A stretch of 64,000 bases of DNA from Puccinia triticina (taxonomy: Eukaryota): positions 5,518,001 through 5,582,000 of the forward strand of contig CP110439.1 of assembly GCA_026914245.1 (NCBI GenBank), in the 5' to 3' direction. A program made the translations under genes and the position numbers. Of the stretch, positions 25,900 through 38,802 are shown in pieces. The notes beneath the pieces are model-generated. The model had not been told where the DNA came from. It worked only from the letters and a program-made list of their open reading frames with translations, and did not search any database. Position 1 is the first letter of the stretch; the number at the start of each line of letters is the position of its first letter.

Positions 25900-27339
25900 T
25901 TAAGATGCTATTTATGCGGCCTCTATAGATGGTTGAAGGACTGGGTACATCAAGAGACAGCCCGCCCAATACCCGCGGACGCGGAGGAAGACTTGCATAT
26001 GTGGCTAACGACGCTGTCCAACTTCCAACCAACAAGATTGATCGCGTGGCAAGAACCGACTGAAGTAGGTTGGGTCGGCAATGCTTCAACCGGATTTGGA
26101 ATAGGCGTAGTCATTGGGAAAAGGTGGGCGCAGTTCCGCCTGCGGTCTATGGCAGAACTTGACAAGAATATTGAAAAAGAGAATAAAGAAGAAGAAAGGA
26201 GTTCAAGATTAGAGACCATCGCGGGCAGAATGGGGCTACTGATGCTGATTAAACTTGGGGCAAGGGGGGGGAAGACCTTCATAGTCTGGACAGATAACAC
26301 CACGACCGAGAGCGTTGTCACCAAGCAGAAATCAAAAGATCGGTTTGTCAACGCCTAATGGAAAAAGATCCAAGAAAGGCTGATCAAAAATCAAATCAAT
26401 CTAGTCGCAAAGCGAGTTACTTCTGCCAAGAACAGGGCAGATGAACTATCCAGAGGGATTAGAAGGAACCACAGATCCCGCTACCAACTACAGGTCGACG
26501 TCCTGCACGATTTAGGAGAACTGATAGAGCAGGTGACGGAAGGAGAGGGTTATTGAAAAAGTCTCCTTTGTGCAAAGGAAACAATGAGTAATGAATCCTA
26601 ACTTCATTGCTATATGGAAAGGAAGGGAGAGGCAGCTAGCCTCCACTAGGCCCAGGTTTCCTGGAGTGTTGGGTCTGAGCAGGCTCCAGAACACCTGGAG
26701 TAGCGGGTCGGGCTCAGACCCCCACAGCTTAGTGCTCACATGGGAGGAGGAGTCACACTCCCTAGGAGCAGTGACCACCCCCCCCAGCTCATCTTTCCGT
26801 TGCGCCAAACTCTCCGTCACAGAGAGAGGAGACGCGGCAGACAAAGAGGGAGATGAGTGGAGAACCCTTTCCCACACTCAGGCGGCTTGGGGAGTTGTAA
26901 GGACAGCTCCCGGGCCACCTAGGAAATCCTGGAAACACAGGATAGCAAAGAGAAGTTCACAATAGCTGAGTACCGTAGAGGATACTCAGCCCAAACCTAC
27001 GCGCAACGGCAGCAGCAAGATTGGATGGTCACTTCATAAAGGATATTTTTGATCCTAGGGATATTTAAGTTCGTGGCAACACATTTTGTGCATTGAAATT
27101 CATGTTCAAAATTGTGATCACAATGAACCAAACCCAAAATGTTCGAAGAGAGATGTTCATGTGTTGGTTTTGAGTTACAGATCATTCCACAATCACTTTA
27201 CCTAGAGTTATCCTTGTATTGGGAAGAAAATTTAACAAAGAGTTACAACTGAAATTGAACTCACATCATACCATTTTACTGAAAAAATTACAGTCTGGCA
27301 CTCTCTAGAGAGTGCCACACATCCCCCCCTGGTGAACCT

Positions 27340-27550
27340 TTCCATTTGCATGTGAACGGACAGGACACCAATGTTTTGTCCTGTCTGTTTGCGTGCAAAC
27401 GGACAGGATGGAGCCAATGTTTTGTCCTGTCCGTTTGCGTGTTGGAGGGGCAACCTGTCCATTTGCGTGCGAACGGACAGGAAACCAATGTTTTGTCCTG
27501 TCTGTTTGCATGCAAACGGACAGGACAAACCATCGGCTCTGTCCTGTCCA
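27340..27550. repeat. ~43-bp palindromic tandem repeat; second cluster at 57619-57825
   Basis: Units of GTTTGC(A/G)TGCAAAC + GGACAGGA..CCAATGTTT..TGTCCTGTC. Confidence 0.85.
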
Positions 27551-27889
27551 AGGAAGAGGGAGGAGGGAAGTAGTTCAATAGCATTCAGGCATCCAGACAG
27601 CAAAATCAGCGCAGAAATAGACCTGCTCAAGGATCAATGTCTCTCCCTCTCCCTCTTTCCCCTCTCCCCCTCCCTCTCCTTCCTTACCCTCCTCTTTTGC
27701 TTGCTGCATCAGGTGGTAGGAGTGATGGGAAGCGGAAGTGAGATTTGAGGGTGGAAAGGAGTCCAAGGTTGAGGGGGGGGGGGGGGGGGGAATGAAGGAA
27801 TCAGAGTAGAGCGCGGCGTCGACAGGAACGACAGGGCGGACTAGCCAGGCTTTCTGCTCCCTTAACACGCCAGCCTGTTGGGCCGCGAC

Positions 27890-30800
27890 TGATGAGCAAG
27901 ACCAAGGCTGAGAGCAGTGGGCACGATGCCAGGCGAGTGAGTTGTGGAAGGATGGGTCAGTATCATTGCACACTAAAGAACAAAAAGAAACAAGAGAAAA
28001 CAACAGAGAGAGAAGAAATGAAATGAAAAGAAATATGGCTGTACCTGAGAGCAGCGGGCACGATGCCGGGCGAAAGAGTTGTGGAAGGATGGGGAAAGGG
28101 AATCCTTCCACGCCCGCTGCCTCAGGTACACAATGAGAATTGTGACATGAAATGTAGAGCTGTGACATGTGTGAAGCATAAAGGCAGAAAAGAAAGAAAC
28201 ATGAGAAAGAAATGTAAATATGACTAGCTCAACACCCCCCCTTGCTGATACAATGGAACAGAAAAGAACAAAAAGGATATAAGAAACAAAAATCAGAAAA
28301 GAAGAAGTCAGAAAGAAGAGGGAAAAGAAAGGTAAAGGAAAGGAATTGGGATGGGAGAAGAGGAAGGGAAGATGAAGGGAGTTGGAAGAAAGAGAGAAGG
28401 GATAGGGGACCACGATAAGTGAGTTTTTCAGACAATACCAAACATTGAGCAATGTTTTTTGAGGGCCACCCGTGGTAGAGGCTTAGTTAGCATATCCGCT
28501 AACATTTCCTTTGTTGAGACGTGAAGGAGTGTGATGTCGCCTTCTTGCACGCACTCACGAATGAAATGATATCGTGCGTGAATGTGTTTGGTTCTTGCAT
28601 GGTGGGCGGGGTTCTTGGCAAGAGCTTCAGCGCCTTCATTGTTGACGTGCAGAGGAATGGCTGTGTCTGGGCAAAGATGAAGTTCGGTGAGGAGATGTTG
28701 AAGCCACAAGCCCTCTTTGCAAGGATCAGAGAGGGCCTTATATTCAGCCTCCGTGCTGGACAAAGACACAGTTGCCTGCTTGCGGGATTTCCAGGAGATG
28801 GCTCCGTTGCCAATGCGGTAGGTGTACGCCAACGTAGAGTGTCTATCATCTTGGTCTTTGGCCCAGTCGGAGTCCGAGTACCCCGACAGGACAAGTTCAC
28901 CCCCGAGACAAAGGCGGAGATCCTTTGTCGTAACAAGATAGTTGAGGATTCGAAGGCCAGCATGCCAATGGGCGTTTGAGGGGTCCCGGAGATATTGAGA
29001 GAGACGGTTAACCGCAAACAAGATATCCGGCCTGGTGCATTGAGAAACCCAGAGGAGAGACCCGATTAATTGAGGATAGGGGTCCGAAGAGGGCGGGTCA
29101 GAGAGAGAGCGATGTTTAAGATCCTTGAAGTTGACATCAGTAGGGGTCGAGACGGATACGTGTTTGCCGTCCAAGAATCTGTTGCATATTTCAGTGATGT
29201 AGTGGGATTGATTCAGAAATATGTGTTTGTTAGAAGTGTCACGAGATATTTTGAGAGAAAGAAAGTGGCTGAGCTCCTCATCAGCGCCAATCTTGAACCG
29301 CTTGCCCACCGCTAGAATGATTGAGTCAACGAAAGCCGGTTCGCCAACAATAGCTAGATTGTCAACATGAGTTGTTAATGCACCCACGAGAGCGCCCAAG
29401 TTCAGCTTGAAGTATAGAGTTGGGTCGTACTTCGAGTTTGTGAGACCTAGGTCGAGAAGAGCTTTGTGGAGTTTGATATTCCACTGTCGAGGGGATTGTT
29501 TTAAGCCATAGAGAGAACGGTTGACCTCACAAACCCAGTCGGGGTGCTGAGGATCCTCAAACCCTGGAGGTTGTTCCATGAAGACCGGTTTGTCTAGGTT
29601 TCCGTTGAGGAAGGCAGTCTTAAAGTCCACCTGGCGGCCCTTCCAGCCGCGGGTTGCCAGTAACGAGAAGATCAGTCAGAGAGTTTCCAATCTGAGCTTT
29701 GGCGAGAATACTTCGTCGTAATCAAGGCCCTGTATTTGAGAATAGCCCATGGCCACCAGACGAGCCTTGAGCTTTTGGATAGTGTGGTCAGGGCGGCGTT
29801 TCACTTTAAAAACCCACTTTGATTTGATTATGCGCCTCTTTGCCGGCCAAGGAACAAGTCTCCATGTCTGCATCCCAAGGAGAGAGGCAAACTCTTCTTC
29901 CGCCGCTTTAAGCCAACGATGCTTGTTTGGCGACTTCAGGAGTTGCCGCCAAGTCTTCGGAGTATTGACGTCAGAGTCGGTCGACACATTTTTGGCCCAA
30001 TTACCGTAGCGGTCAGGAGCCTTGCGTTCCCTCCCTGATTGGCGACAAGGGGGTGTGGACGGTGCAGGCGGAGGCGGAGTGGGAGATTTTGGCGGTGGAG
30101 AGGGGGATGTTCGCGGCGGGGTAGGAGACTTTGGTGGGGGACTGGGGGATTTTTGCGGTGGAGCTGGAGAGTCAGGAGAGCGAGGAGCTGTTGAGGGAAG
30201 GGGGGGAAGAGAGATTATTGATAGATCAGGAGTCGAAAGTATTGTAGGAGAGATTGTCAAAGGACTGTTGGTCAAATCCGAATCCAAACAAATTGGAATC
30301 GGGTCACGCGGAGTATTTCCAGGAGTGTGAATTGACACAGTGAGTCTTTGGTCAAAGCGAGGTTGAAGAGGAACCTGTAGTGGTGGAAGGTCCGGTGTTG
30401 GTATGCGAGGAGGCGGGAAGGAATCCGGCTGTGTTGACGGGAGAGGAGTGGAGACAGACGGGGCCGTTGGTGAGGTACTGGCAGGAACTGGATCACCTTG
30501 AAGAGGAGTCGTTGGAATGGATTCCCGCGGCTGTTGGGGCCAATCAATTTCCACTGACTGGGGAGCTGGAGACGCGTTCAGCTTACATCCGTAGGGAAAA
30601 GACGTATCATCAAAGATGACATCCCTTGATTTTACAACGGACCGTTTCTCCAAATCCCACAGTCGATAGCCGTTCCCGTCAGATAGGTATGATAGGAGAA
30701 TTGACGCACGACCCTTCTGATCTAGCTTCTTGCGGTTTGCCTCTGGGATTTTGTACCAGGCTAAGCACCCAAACGGGTGGACAGATTTGATGTCGACCGA

Positions 30801-33398
30801 CTTTTCATTTAGAATCGAGACCGGTGGTTTGAATCCTACGGGGGTGTGGCAAGGGAAGGAGTTGTAAGAAAACATGAAGTGCCGGATCGCATCAACCCAG
30901 AAGGATTTTGGCCGGTTAGCGGTCAGCAGAGACGATCGGACCAGATTGCTTATCGTTCGATTGGTTCGCTCTGCCACTCCGTTCAACTCCGGGGAATGAG
31001 GAGGACCTGGTTTGTGTTTGATACCCGCCTGAGATAAGTGAGATGAGAATTCATTGGATAGGTACTCGCCACCGTTGTCTGTTCTCAAAGAGAGAATTTT
31101 ATGACGACCATCTCTCTCAAAAAATGCTTGAAATATTTTGAAACATGCAAAGGCATTGCTCTTGTATTTCATAGGGTAGACAGAGAGAGATTTGGAACAG
31201 TCATCAACAAAAGTTATAAAGTATTGGTATCCCTCCCTCAAGACCCCTACGTAGGACCCGACATCTGAGTGTATGATTTCGCCAGGGAGAGAGGAGCGGT
31301 GAGAAGCTCGAGATTTGAAGGTCTTGCGAGGCATTTTTGATTGGACACAGACCGGGCAGCGTTGGACATCGATTTCGTTCATCACAGTTGGCGTGATGTC
31401 GTGGAGTTTTAGGAAAGCTTCCAGAGGTTTGACGCCGATGTGGGAGAAACGCATGTGATAGGCCATAAGAGAGCGGTCCGATGGTTTAGGGTAGAGGGAT
31501 AAAGAAGAATTGGAGCTTACAGGCTCCGACACGAGATAATAGAGATTCCCTTGGCGATACCCGCGTCCCGCAAGATCCCCTTGAACTTGAGCCAACGTGG
31601 TGGTAAGGAAATCACATGACGTCTTGGTGAAAACCACGGTGAATCCTTCATCGCACATGGCGGCGACGGACAGGAGAGGCTCGTGGAGGGTTGGGACCAC
31701 CAGAGACTTGACAGATTTGTCGCCGGTAAGAGGGAGTTTAAGAAATCCCTTGTGGGATGCTTTGACGGTAGAGTGATCGGCAAGTCGAACTGGAGTGCGA
31801 TCGGTTTTTGGGAGATCGACTGCATTGACGTCTGGTGTCATCGACATTGAGCAGCCAGAGTTGATGTTGGCGTCTACACCCCGCGGCAAATCCAAGGGGA
31901 TAGATAGGGAAACTACAGCATTGCCGGCTGTCACCTCAATTTCCAAGCCTGAGTAGTCGGACTCTTTGTCTTCATCGTATTTGTGCGAGGATTGACCGAG
32001 AGTGGCGGCTGAAGTTCTACCGGCTCGAGCTGCGGGTTTGGTGGAAGAAGAGCCCTTGTCTTGTTGAATGGCCTCCCACCGTGCTTTTTGTGCAGCTTTA
32101 TGCTCCGCGATGAGTTTGCAAGTGTTGTTGCACGAGTTGAGGTTGTGAGAATCGATGTTGCAGAGGGGGCTTTGGCGGGGTTTCTTTGAGGAATCACTTC
32201 GGGGACCTTTAGAGGAGTTCAATGATGGATTTGGTTTAGAGGAAGTTTTCTTGGTCGAAGAAACGGAAACAATATCGCCCTGTGTTTTGCGATGAACGGA
32301 TTTGTTTTTCAGAGCGGAAACGTACTTTTCCGTCCTCACGTCCTCCTGATTCATTAGACCCGAGACGCAGCTGATCCAGTCAGGAGATATGGAGCTAAGA
32401 ATGGCTGTGTTGTGAACATCCTCTGCGGTGAGGGGCTTCTCGGGAGTGATGAGAGAGTTCAGACGCTCGTAATAGTTTGCCAACATGTCAAGATGAGAGT
32501 GAATATCATTGCCTTCCATCCGCGCTTTGAGGAGCTTACGGATCCAGTAGATTTGACCGCCAGACAATGAGTCCTGGTGGGATTTAGAGAGATCATCCCA
32601 GATTTTTGCCGCATTGTCTTTGTCGGCTAGATGACAAAGATTTGCTTCGTCCACAATCTGAACTAAAACTGCGCAAATGAGGTCGTTGTCCTTGTCCCAG
32701 GTGGGGGTTCGACGGTTAGCGTCGACTGAGGTCAGAACGTGATTAACCTTCGCCGATTTGAGAACCCGCAGAGCAACCTTTTTCCAATTGAGATAGTTGG
32801 AATCCGAACCGGGGGGTTTGAGAATCGGGAGTCTTGCCGTTGAGATCTTAGGGTTGGAAGCCGACGTCTGAGAGGAGAGATTGACGTTGGTGTGAGAAGA
32901 AGATGCCTCCTTGGTGTCGTTGGACATTGTGATTTCGGAGGTAAGATAGGTTGATCCTTAAGTAGTCCACTAAAGAGAGAAACACTCGATACGCCGGTAT
33001 TTAACGTGCTTAGCGATGTTGTTGGTAGCTGTAGGCTCTCTGGGCTCATAACCTGATGAGCAAGACCGAGGCTGAGAGCAGCGGGCACGATGCCGGGCGA
33101 GTGAGTTGTGGATGGATGGGTCAGTATCATTGCACACTAAAGAACAAAAAGAAACAAGAGAAAACAACAGAGAGAGAAGAAATGAAATGAAAAGAAATAT
33201 GGCTGTACCTGAGAGCAGCGGGCACAATGCCGGGCGAGTGAGTTGTGGAAGGATGGGGAAAGGGAATCCTTCCACGCCCGCTGCCTCAGGTACACAATGA
33301 GAATTGTGACATGAAATGTAGAGCTGTGACATGTGTGAAGCATAAAGGCAGAAAAGAAAGAAACATGAGAAAGAAATGTAAATATGACTAGCTCAACA
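27890..33398 (-). mobile_element. Full-length defective Copia element; LTRs 27890-28234 and 33054-33398
   Basis: 345-bp TG..CA LTRs, TSD GCGAC, PBS GGTTATGAGCCC and PPT CAAGGGGGGG on the minus strand. Confidence 0.96.
28428..32927 (-). pseudogene. Copia gag-pol (gag, PR, IN, RT, RNase H) with in-frame TGA at 29676-29678 and mutated catalytic motifs
   Basis: IHSDVG..LRTDNGGEY..NGVAERTN; KARLVA; SLYGLKQSPR; HVDN in place of YVDD; NINSG in place of the DSG protease motif; SSTEAEY; RTKHI. Confidence 0.95.
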
Positions 33399-35488
33399 GC
33401 GACGTTCTTGACACGGGTATTGAAGCGCTGATAAGCCGGAGCGCGCATCTCTTCCTGCATCATCATCATCATCATCATCGTCTTTGTCGTTGTTGTTGAG
33501 TCGGGGAAGTTGTTGTTGTTGTTGTTGGAGGGGAAGGAGTCAGCTTGAGTGAGTTGGCGGATGAGTGCGGATAATCCGACGGAGACTTGGTGTAGGACTT
33601 GGAGACATCCAACAAGGATAATGAATACTTCAACAGTTTGGGGAGAAGGCGGGGTTCTGCGTTGGAGGATGAGAGTGAGAGATTTGCGGGGGGAGAGAGT
33701 AGTAGTGGAGGATTGAGCTGGGGTAAAGGTGGAGAAGGGTGGACACAATCCGTCAACTCTTGTGCATCAGTCTTAAGCGTTGTCCGTCCATTTGTCGCCC
33801 CACTAGTAACAACACTCAACTAGTGACAACACTCGACTTAAGGAGTCCGAGGTGAACAGCTTGACACTCCGCTTCATGATCAATGGCTCATTCGTGAACG
33901 TGCCCATGCTTGTAGGCTTGACTACCATCATCATTGACAAGGGCCATACCGTCACACTTAATACCGTTGGTCAAGCCAGTTGAGCTACATTCTTGCCCGC
34001 CTGCACGTCCCGATAACTCACATTGACCTCCAACAGAATCATGTTGTTGTTCATCTCCTCAAACTGGGCCTCATAGAACCGCGTAAACGCGTCCGTCTCA
34101 CTCATCATCCCTCCCAGATCCACCTCGCCACCCATCTGGCTCCAAAAGAACGCATCGGTGCCCGTCTTCTCCACAAGTGTAGACTCCATTAAATCCTGGT
34201 CTCCGTTGTAGGACCATTGGCTTTGCGTCCGGTACACCTCCCGTGCCGAGCTTATCTCCACCTCCACTAGCACGTCCTGACGCTCCCCAAAGCGGAGCTG
34301 GCCTAGCTCGAGATCGGTGTGCTGACCATCCGAGGAAATCACGTGCGAGATCCCAGAGGTTTTCTTCATCTTGAACCACTTGTTCTCTGTGATCCCAATA
34401 CTCACTTGCGCATTCAACCACCAAGAGCTGAATAAATGAATAATTAGTCTTGCTGTGAGTGAGCAATAATTGATTGGGGAACGCTTACCATCCCCCCCAC
34501 ACAGCCTGCAATAGCCTCCTTGATCAGCTGTATGTCCCGCCGGTATGGTTGGACAGCTGCCAGAGCAAACTCGGGTTATGGTTCTCGCTCCATCCAATTG
34601 ACTGGATCAGGATCCTAACATCCAAAAAAAAAAAAAAAATGATCTCAACGGCCACTCTGTCTGTATACGTATGCGTACAGTGAGAAAACTTACTGAATCG
34701 CCTCGGTACAAGTCATCACCAGTGTCATCTCAGGCTTAGTAGAGCAGTCTTTCGAGTCATTGAGCAGCGTGATCCCACTGAGCGGGTTTTTCTGTTTGCG
34801 GGGCAAGATCATGTCATATGCTGAAAAACAGAGAAGAGAAACTCAGTGTAACGGAAGCGGAAGGTGTGCAGGAGAGTGTACCTAGATTGACAGCGGTGAC
34901 AACAGGAACTTTATCCTCATGTCTCTCCAGCATCCGCAAGCGTCGCTGGACCTTATCCTGGATGCTCCTAGGATCATCGGAGGGTGATGGTTGGCTTGAG
35001 GGTAGGCCTTTTTTTCCGCTCTGCTGGCGTTTGTGTTTGATCAGGAGCGTCTCGAGGCCGCAGGGATGGAGCAGACCGGGCTGGTCAAGCTCGTTCTATG
35101 AGCCCAGCAGTTTGTCTTTGCGCTCGAGCTCGGATTCTGAGAGATGGGCATCCTCTTTGTACTATCAATCGTTGTCCATCATGTCTATAGCGGAACCGTT
35201 TTTGGTGATTTTGTCGGGTTCCTGGTTGTTCTTGGTTGGGGTTGGCTGGGGATGAGGATGTTTGCTTGGGGGTGTTGGAGTGCTGTCGGAGTGAGTGTAC
35301 ATATTGAGAATCAGTGTGTTTGGGGTGAGGGCTGGAGTTGGCTTGAGGATTTGGACGGACTTTGAAAGACGTCGCCAAACTCTCCTTTGCGGATTGTTTC
35401 CAGATCATCAAACTCAGCATCATAGCGTAGACGCCGCGAGAGAGTTTGATCAGACAGATGACGGCTGGTTCTGAACTGGTACAATATA

Positions 35489-35926
35489 CAGCCAATCCGA
35501 GAAAGCTTGGATGCTTTGGAGGGAATTTCCACTGGAAATTCCTATGGGATTTTCCAACCTTGTATGCAATGAAGTGACAAGGTTGGACATTTTGATATAT
35601 GCAGGATGCCTATATCAAAATCAGGCAAGCTCAATCAGAGACTTCTGGCTGTTTTTCCCGTATTTTGATTGCAGAATCAGAATCCTTGACCAATTTTCAC
35701 CCTGGACTCCCACGCTGACAAACGCACCCGGGTGTCATGGTGCCGGTCCCCCCAGCAGCCTCCAATTTTTTTTGCTACCAAACGGCGCCGCCAATAGCAA
35801 CTGCGCTCGCGGGGATGGATATCCATCTGTCAAACTTTTTTGTTGGATACACACAGGTTGGCAAATCCAGAAAGAATTTTCACTGGAAATTCCATCCAAA
35901 GAAGCCAAGCTTTTTTGGATTGGCTG
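35489..35926. mobile_element. Tc1/mariner-type MITE
   Basis: ~55-bp imperfect TIRs starting CAGCCAATCC and ending GGATTGGCTG, TA on both sides. Confidence 0.82.
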
Positions 35927-36180
35927 TAATCACCAATCATTGGACTTTAAAGTTGCTTGTTGAATGAAGGTCGGCGCGGAGGCGGTGAAGCTGACACCAC
36001 CGGGTCAAAAAATTTGATTGGTGTCCGTTTTTCCAACAAATCCTTTATCGGAGACCGTTGGACAAACCAAACCCCACCATTCTGCCGCGGTAAACCGTCC
36101 CGGTTTGAGGACGGTTGGGAGCATGTTAGAATCATGCTTGCCCCAACGTTAGACGTTCGCTTTTGTCCGCCCAACGCATA

Positions 36181-37398
36181 CACCACCGGGTCACTTCGTG
36201 TGATCGGTGCCCAGGACAAAAATCCAAAACATCAGGGGGGAAGAAAAGGGAAGAAAAATTCAAGTTCCAGGGACGCCACCTTCACGCTTGTGACTCAGCT
36301 CCTCGCGCGCAAGACGCGATCCTCCAAACCACTTCAAACCCCGCAGTCTCCTCCAGAGAGGCATTGTCAAGCTCGCCGTTCCTCCAGCCTCAACGCAACA
36401 ACCATCTCCTATGATCAATGAACAGCGACATCCAGCCTCAAATTGATGTGGGCCAGGGAAGGGGTCAATGGGGTCCCTTCCCTGCTCATGGACTCCTCAA
36501 GCGAGCAGCAACATCCAACCTCGAATCGATGTGGCTCAGGGAAAGGGTCACTGGGGTCCCTTTCCTGCTCATGCACTCCTCAAGCAAACAGCGATACAAC
36601 TTATCCAACTTCCAGTCAGCCATTCGGGAATTGGCACGGCGTCAGTGAGGTCCTTCAAATTTTGTCATTGTGGTTCTGATTCAGCAAGTCTCAGAATTGA
36701 CATGTGCGTCAGGGAAGGGGTCAATGGGGTCCCTTCCCTGCTGATGGAATCAACAAGCATTTCTTGAAAATCACCATCCGTTTCCTGCCTCAATCCCAAC
36801 TTGGGTGTGGGTGTGTAGCAGATGTGAATAAACGTGTAAGTCCAGATGACATTTCTTACACCGCCTCGTTGTCTCCAAAAAACCAAGAGATCAAAGATCA
36901 GCATAAAAACCCGCCAAGGTATCTGGTGTTAACCTCCACCTCATCTGCCCCAACCCAAATTTTGATCACTTGCTGGTGTACATAAGCCCATTATTAGAAG
37001 ACCTGCTCCTTGCGCTCAACAATAGAATAAATAAATAAATAGATTTTTTCATTTATGATCCGCAGAAGTGAGGTCGTAGGTTTTGGGCGGATAGGCTCTG
37101 GTGAATCAACAAGAGCAGGAGCCGGGTAAAAATGAAGGTGAATCCAACTCGTTCAGTCAACCCATGGAGCGGATATAATCCGTTCTACACGCTCAGTGAA
37201 AGCGGTGAAAGTGGTGATACGAGTGTGAGTGTGGTTGGAAGGTTGTTGGGGACTTGTTTGACCAATCAAACCAATGATTGTTCCCGTTTAAGGACGACAT
37301 GAAAACAAGGACTCAACGTTTGCCACCCAGCCAAACGCATTTGTTGCAAAAACGTTGCCTAAAAAACGTTATGAAAATGTTCAAGTGACCTGGTGGTG
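36181..37398. mobile_element. Putative non-autonomous TIR element carrying three hairpin repeats (36453-36742)
   Basis: TA|CACCACCGGGTCACTT ... AAGTGACCTGGTGGTG (16 bp, 1 mismatch). The right flank is GA rather than TA. Internal CAGGGAAGGG..CCCTTCCCTG units. Confidence 0.5.
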
Positions 37399-38802
37399 GA
37401 GTTTTTGGGGCCAGTTGTTAGGTGGGAGCGGGGGCCTTGCCTGAAATTCGTATCAAGCGTGGGCGCAAGGGCGCAAGGGGTCTACAAGCAGCCTCCTTGG
37501 CGGTTAGGTAAAAAATGTTCCAGCGTATCAAGATCACAGCGGAAGGGTGCAAAAGTTTGTATCCATCTTCTCAGTCTCCGGCCCAGTCGCTCATGCCGCA
37601 CGTGCGGCAGGCGCTGCCATTTCTGAGTTAGTTAGTGGGTCCAAGTCTACAAGGAAACAAGTTGGCCTAGCCGACAAAAGGGGAGTGGGAATGGACCCCC
37701 CCCCCCCTGCTAGCCCGTGCACCCACGCAGCCAAACCTAGCCCCCCACACTCACACGTTAGGGGGTCTGGGTAGCTGCTCTGCAGACCGTCTGCTAAGGG
37801 CTTGCCTATGAAAGGGGGGGGGCTTCACTACCCTACCCCAGCACCCCGCCAGAGGCATCTCTTAATTTGATTTTTTTTGCTCTGATACATTTGTGAAACC
37901 CCCACCAGCCCATTAAACCCCTCCAGCGCCTCAAATCTCCCCCAGAGCATCATACCCTTTATTGCCTAATTGGATTTTCATTGTTGATAATAAACTTGTA
38001 ATATCCCAGCCACCCACCAGACATGCCCTTGATACCCCTGCCCCCCCCCCCCCCCTCACTTTTACACCACCTCACCCCCCAGACACAAGGTGCAATATTG
38101 TGGGAAATTGAATTTCTTTGTTCAAAAGCTGAAGAGGTAAATTACTCCTTCCTCTTTGACTTCCCCATTCCACTGACTTCATATGTGCTCTGATCAATGT
38201 AGCCTGGTGGATGATCAATCAGCCATTGAGTGGGACGCCACAGACCCTCACCTACTCCACGTTAAGGACAAGACGCTGCTTGATACACTGCTCAAAGGCC
38301 TTTTTGCGGAGTAGAAGAAACCATACGCAAGATTCCACACCGGATGCAGACGTATGGATTTGTTGTAGTTATACAATCAGACACAAACAACTGGAACCAC
38401 GAAAGGGTCACTTTCTTTCACCAAAACCTCAACTGGGACGGCCCCTCATTTTGGAACAGGATTTGGCACACTCCTCACTCTTCTTGCCGCACTTGATTGT
38501 TTATCTGTTTTTACCTGTGATTCCTCCTGTTTTCTTTTGAACCTTTCACTCCTGTGACTTTATCTATCATTCCCTGTGGGACCTTAATTTCTTTTGTTGA
38601 GTTTCAACCCTTTCTGCCTGCACTTTACTTTTTATGCTTTTTCTGTATTATGTGCATCTTTCAGATTGCCCCTTTACGTACATGGGGCAGTTGGCATAGC
38701 TTGGAAGCAGTAATTGTCCTGCTTCCACTAATGAAGCCGACCATCCTTCCTCACAAAACCCCAACTGCCCTGCATTTGCATGGCAGCCCAACTCCTATTA
38801 AC

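Larger units (their letters stand above)
21060..26560 (+). mobile_element. Degenerate DIRS-like retroelement 2 (gag-like 21321-22842; RT/RNase H 23415-26530), interrupted by two solo LTRs
   Basis: GFDQGIP..FFTPPNH, AINDLSFP, FDWEKAYRQIP, ITFGGVAG and WVNDN (degenerate YxDD); RNase H-like VGNASTGFGIG and WTDNTTT. No tyrosine recombinase seen. Boundaries approximate. Confidence 0.82.
27790..35480 (-). pseudogene. Decayed C-terminal half of a fungal vWA-domain gene (RING/PH/vWA-type family), last exon split by the Copia
   Basis: Pieces VVTAVN, RKQKNPLSGITLLND, HNPSLLWQLSNHTGGTY, IAGCVGG, LGQLRFGERQDVLVEVEI, SYRD and FTSDSLSR. RVKNVA|AQQAGVLREQKAW rejoins across the GCGAC TSD. Introns, stops and internal deletions are present. 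Confidence 0.72.
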
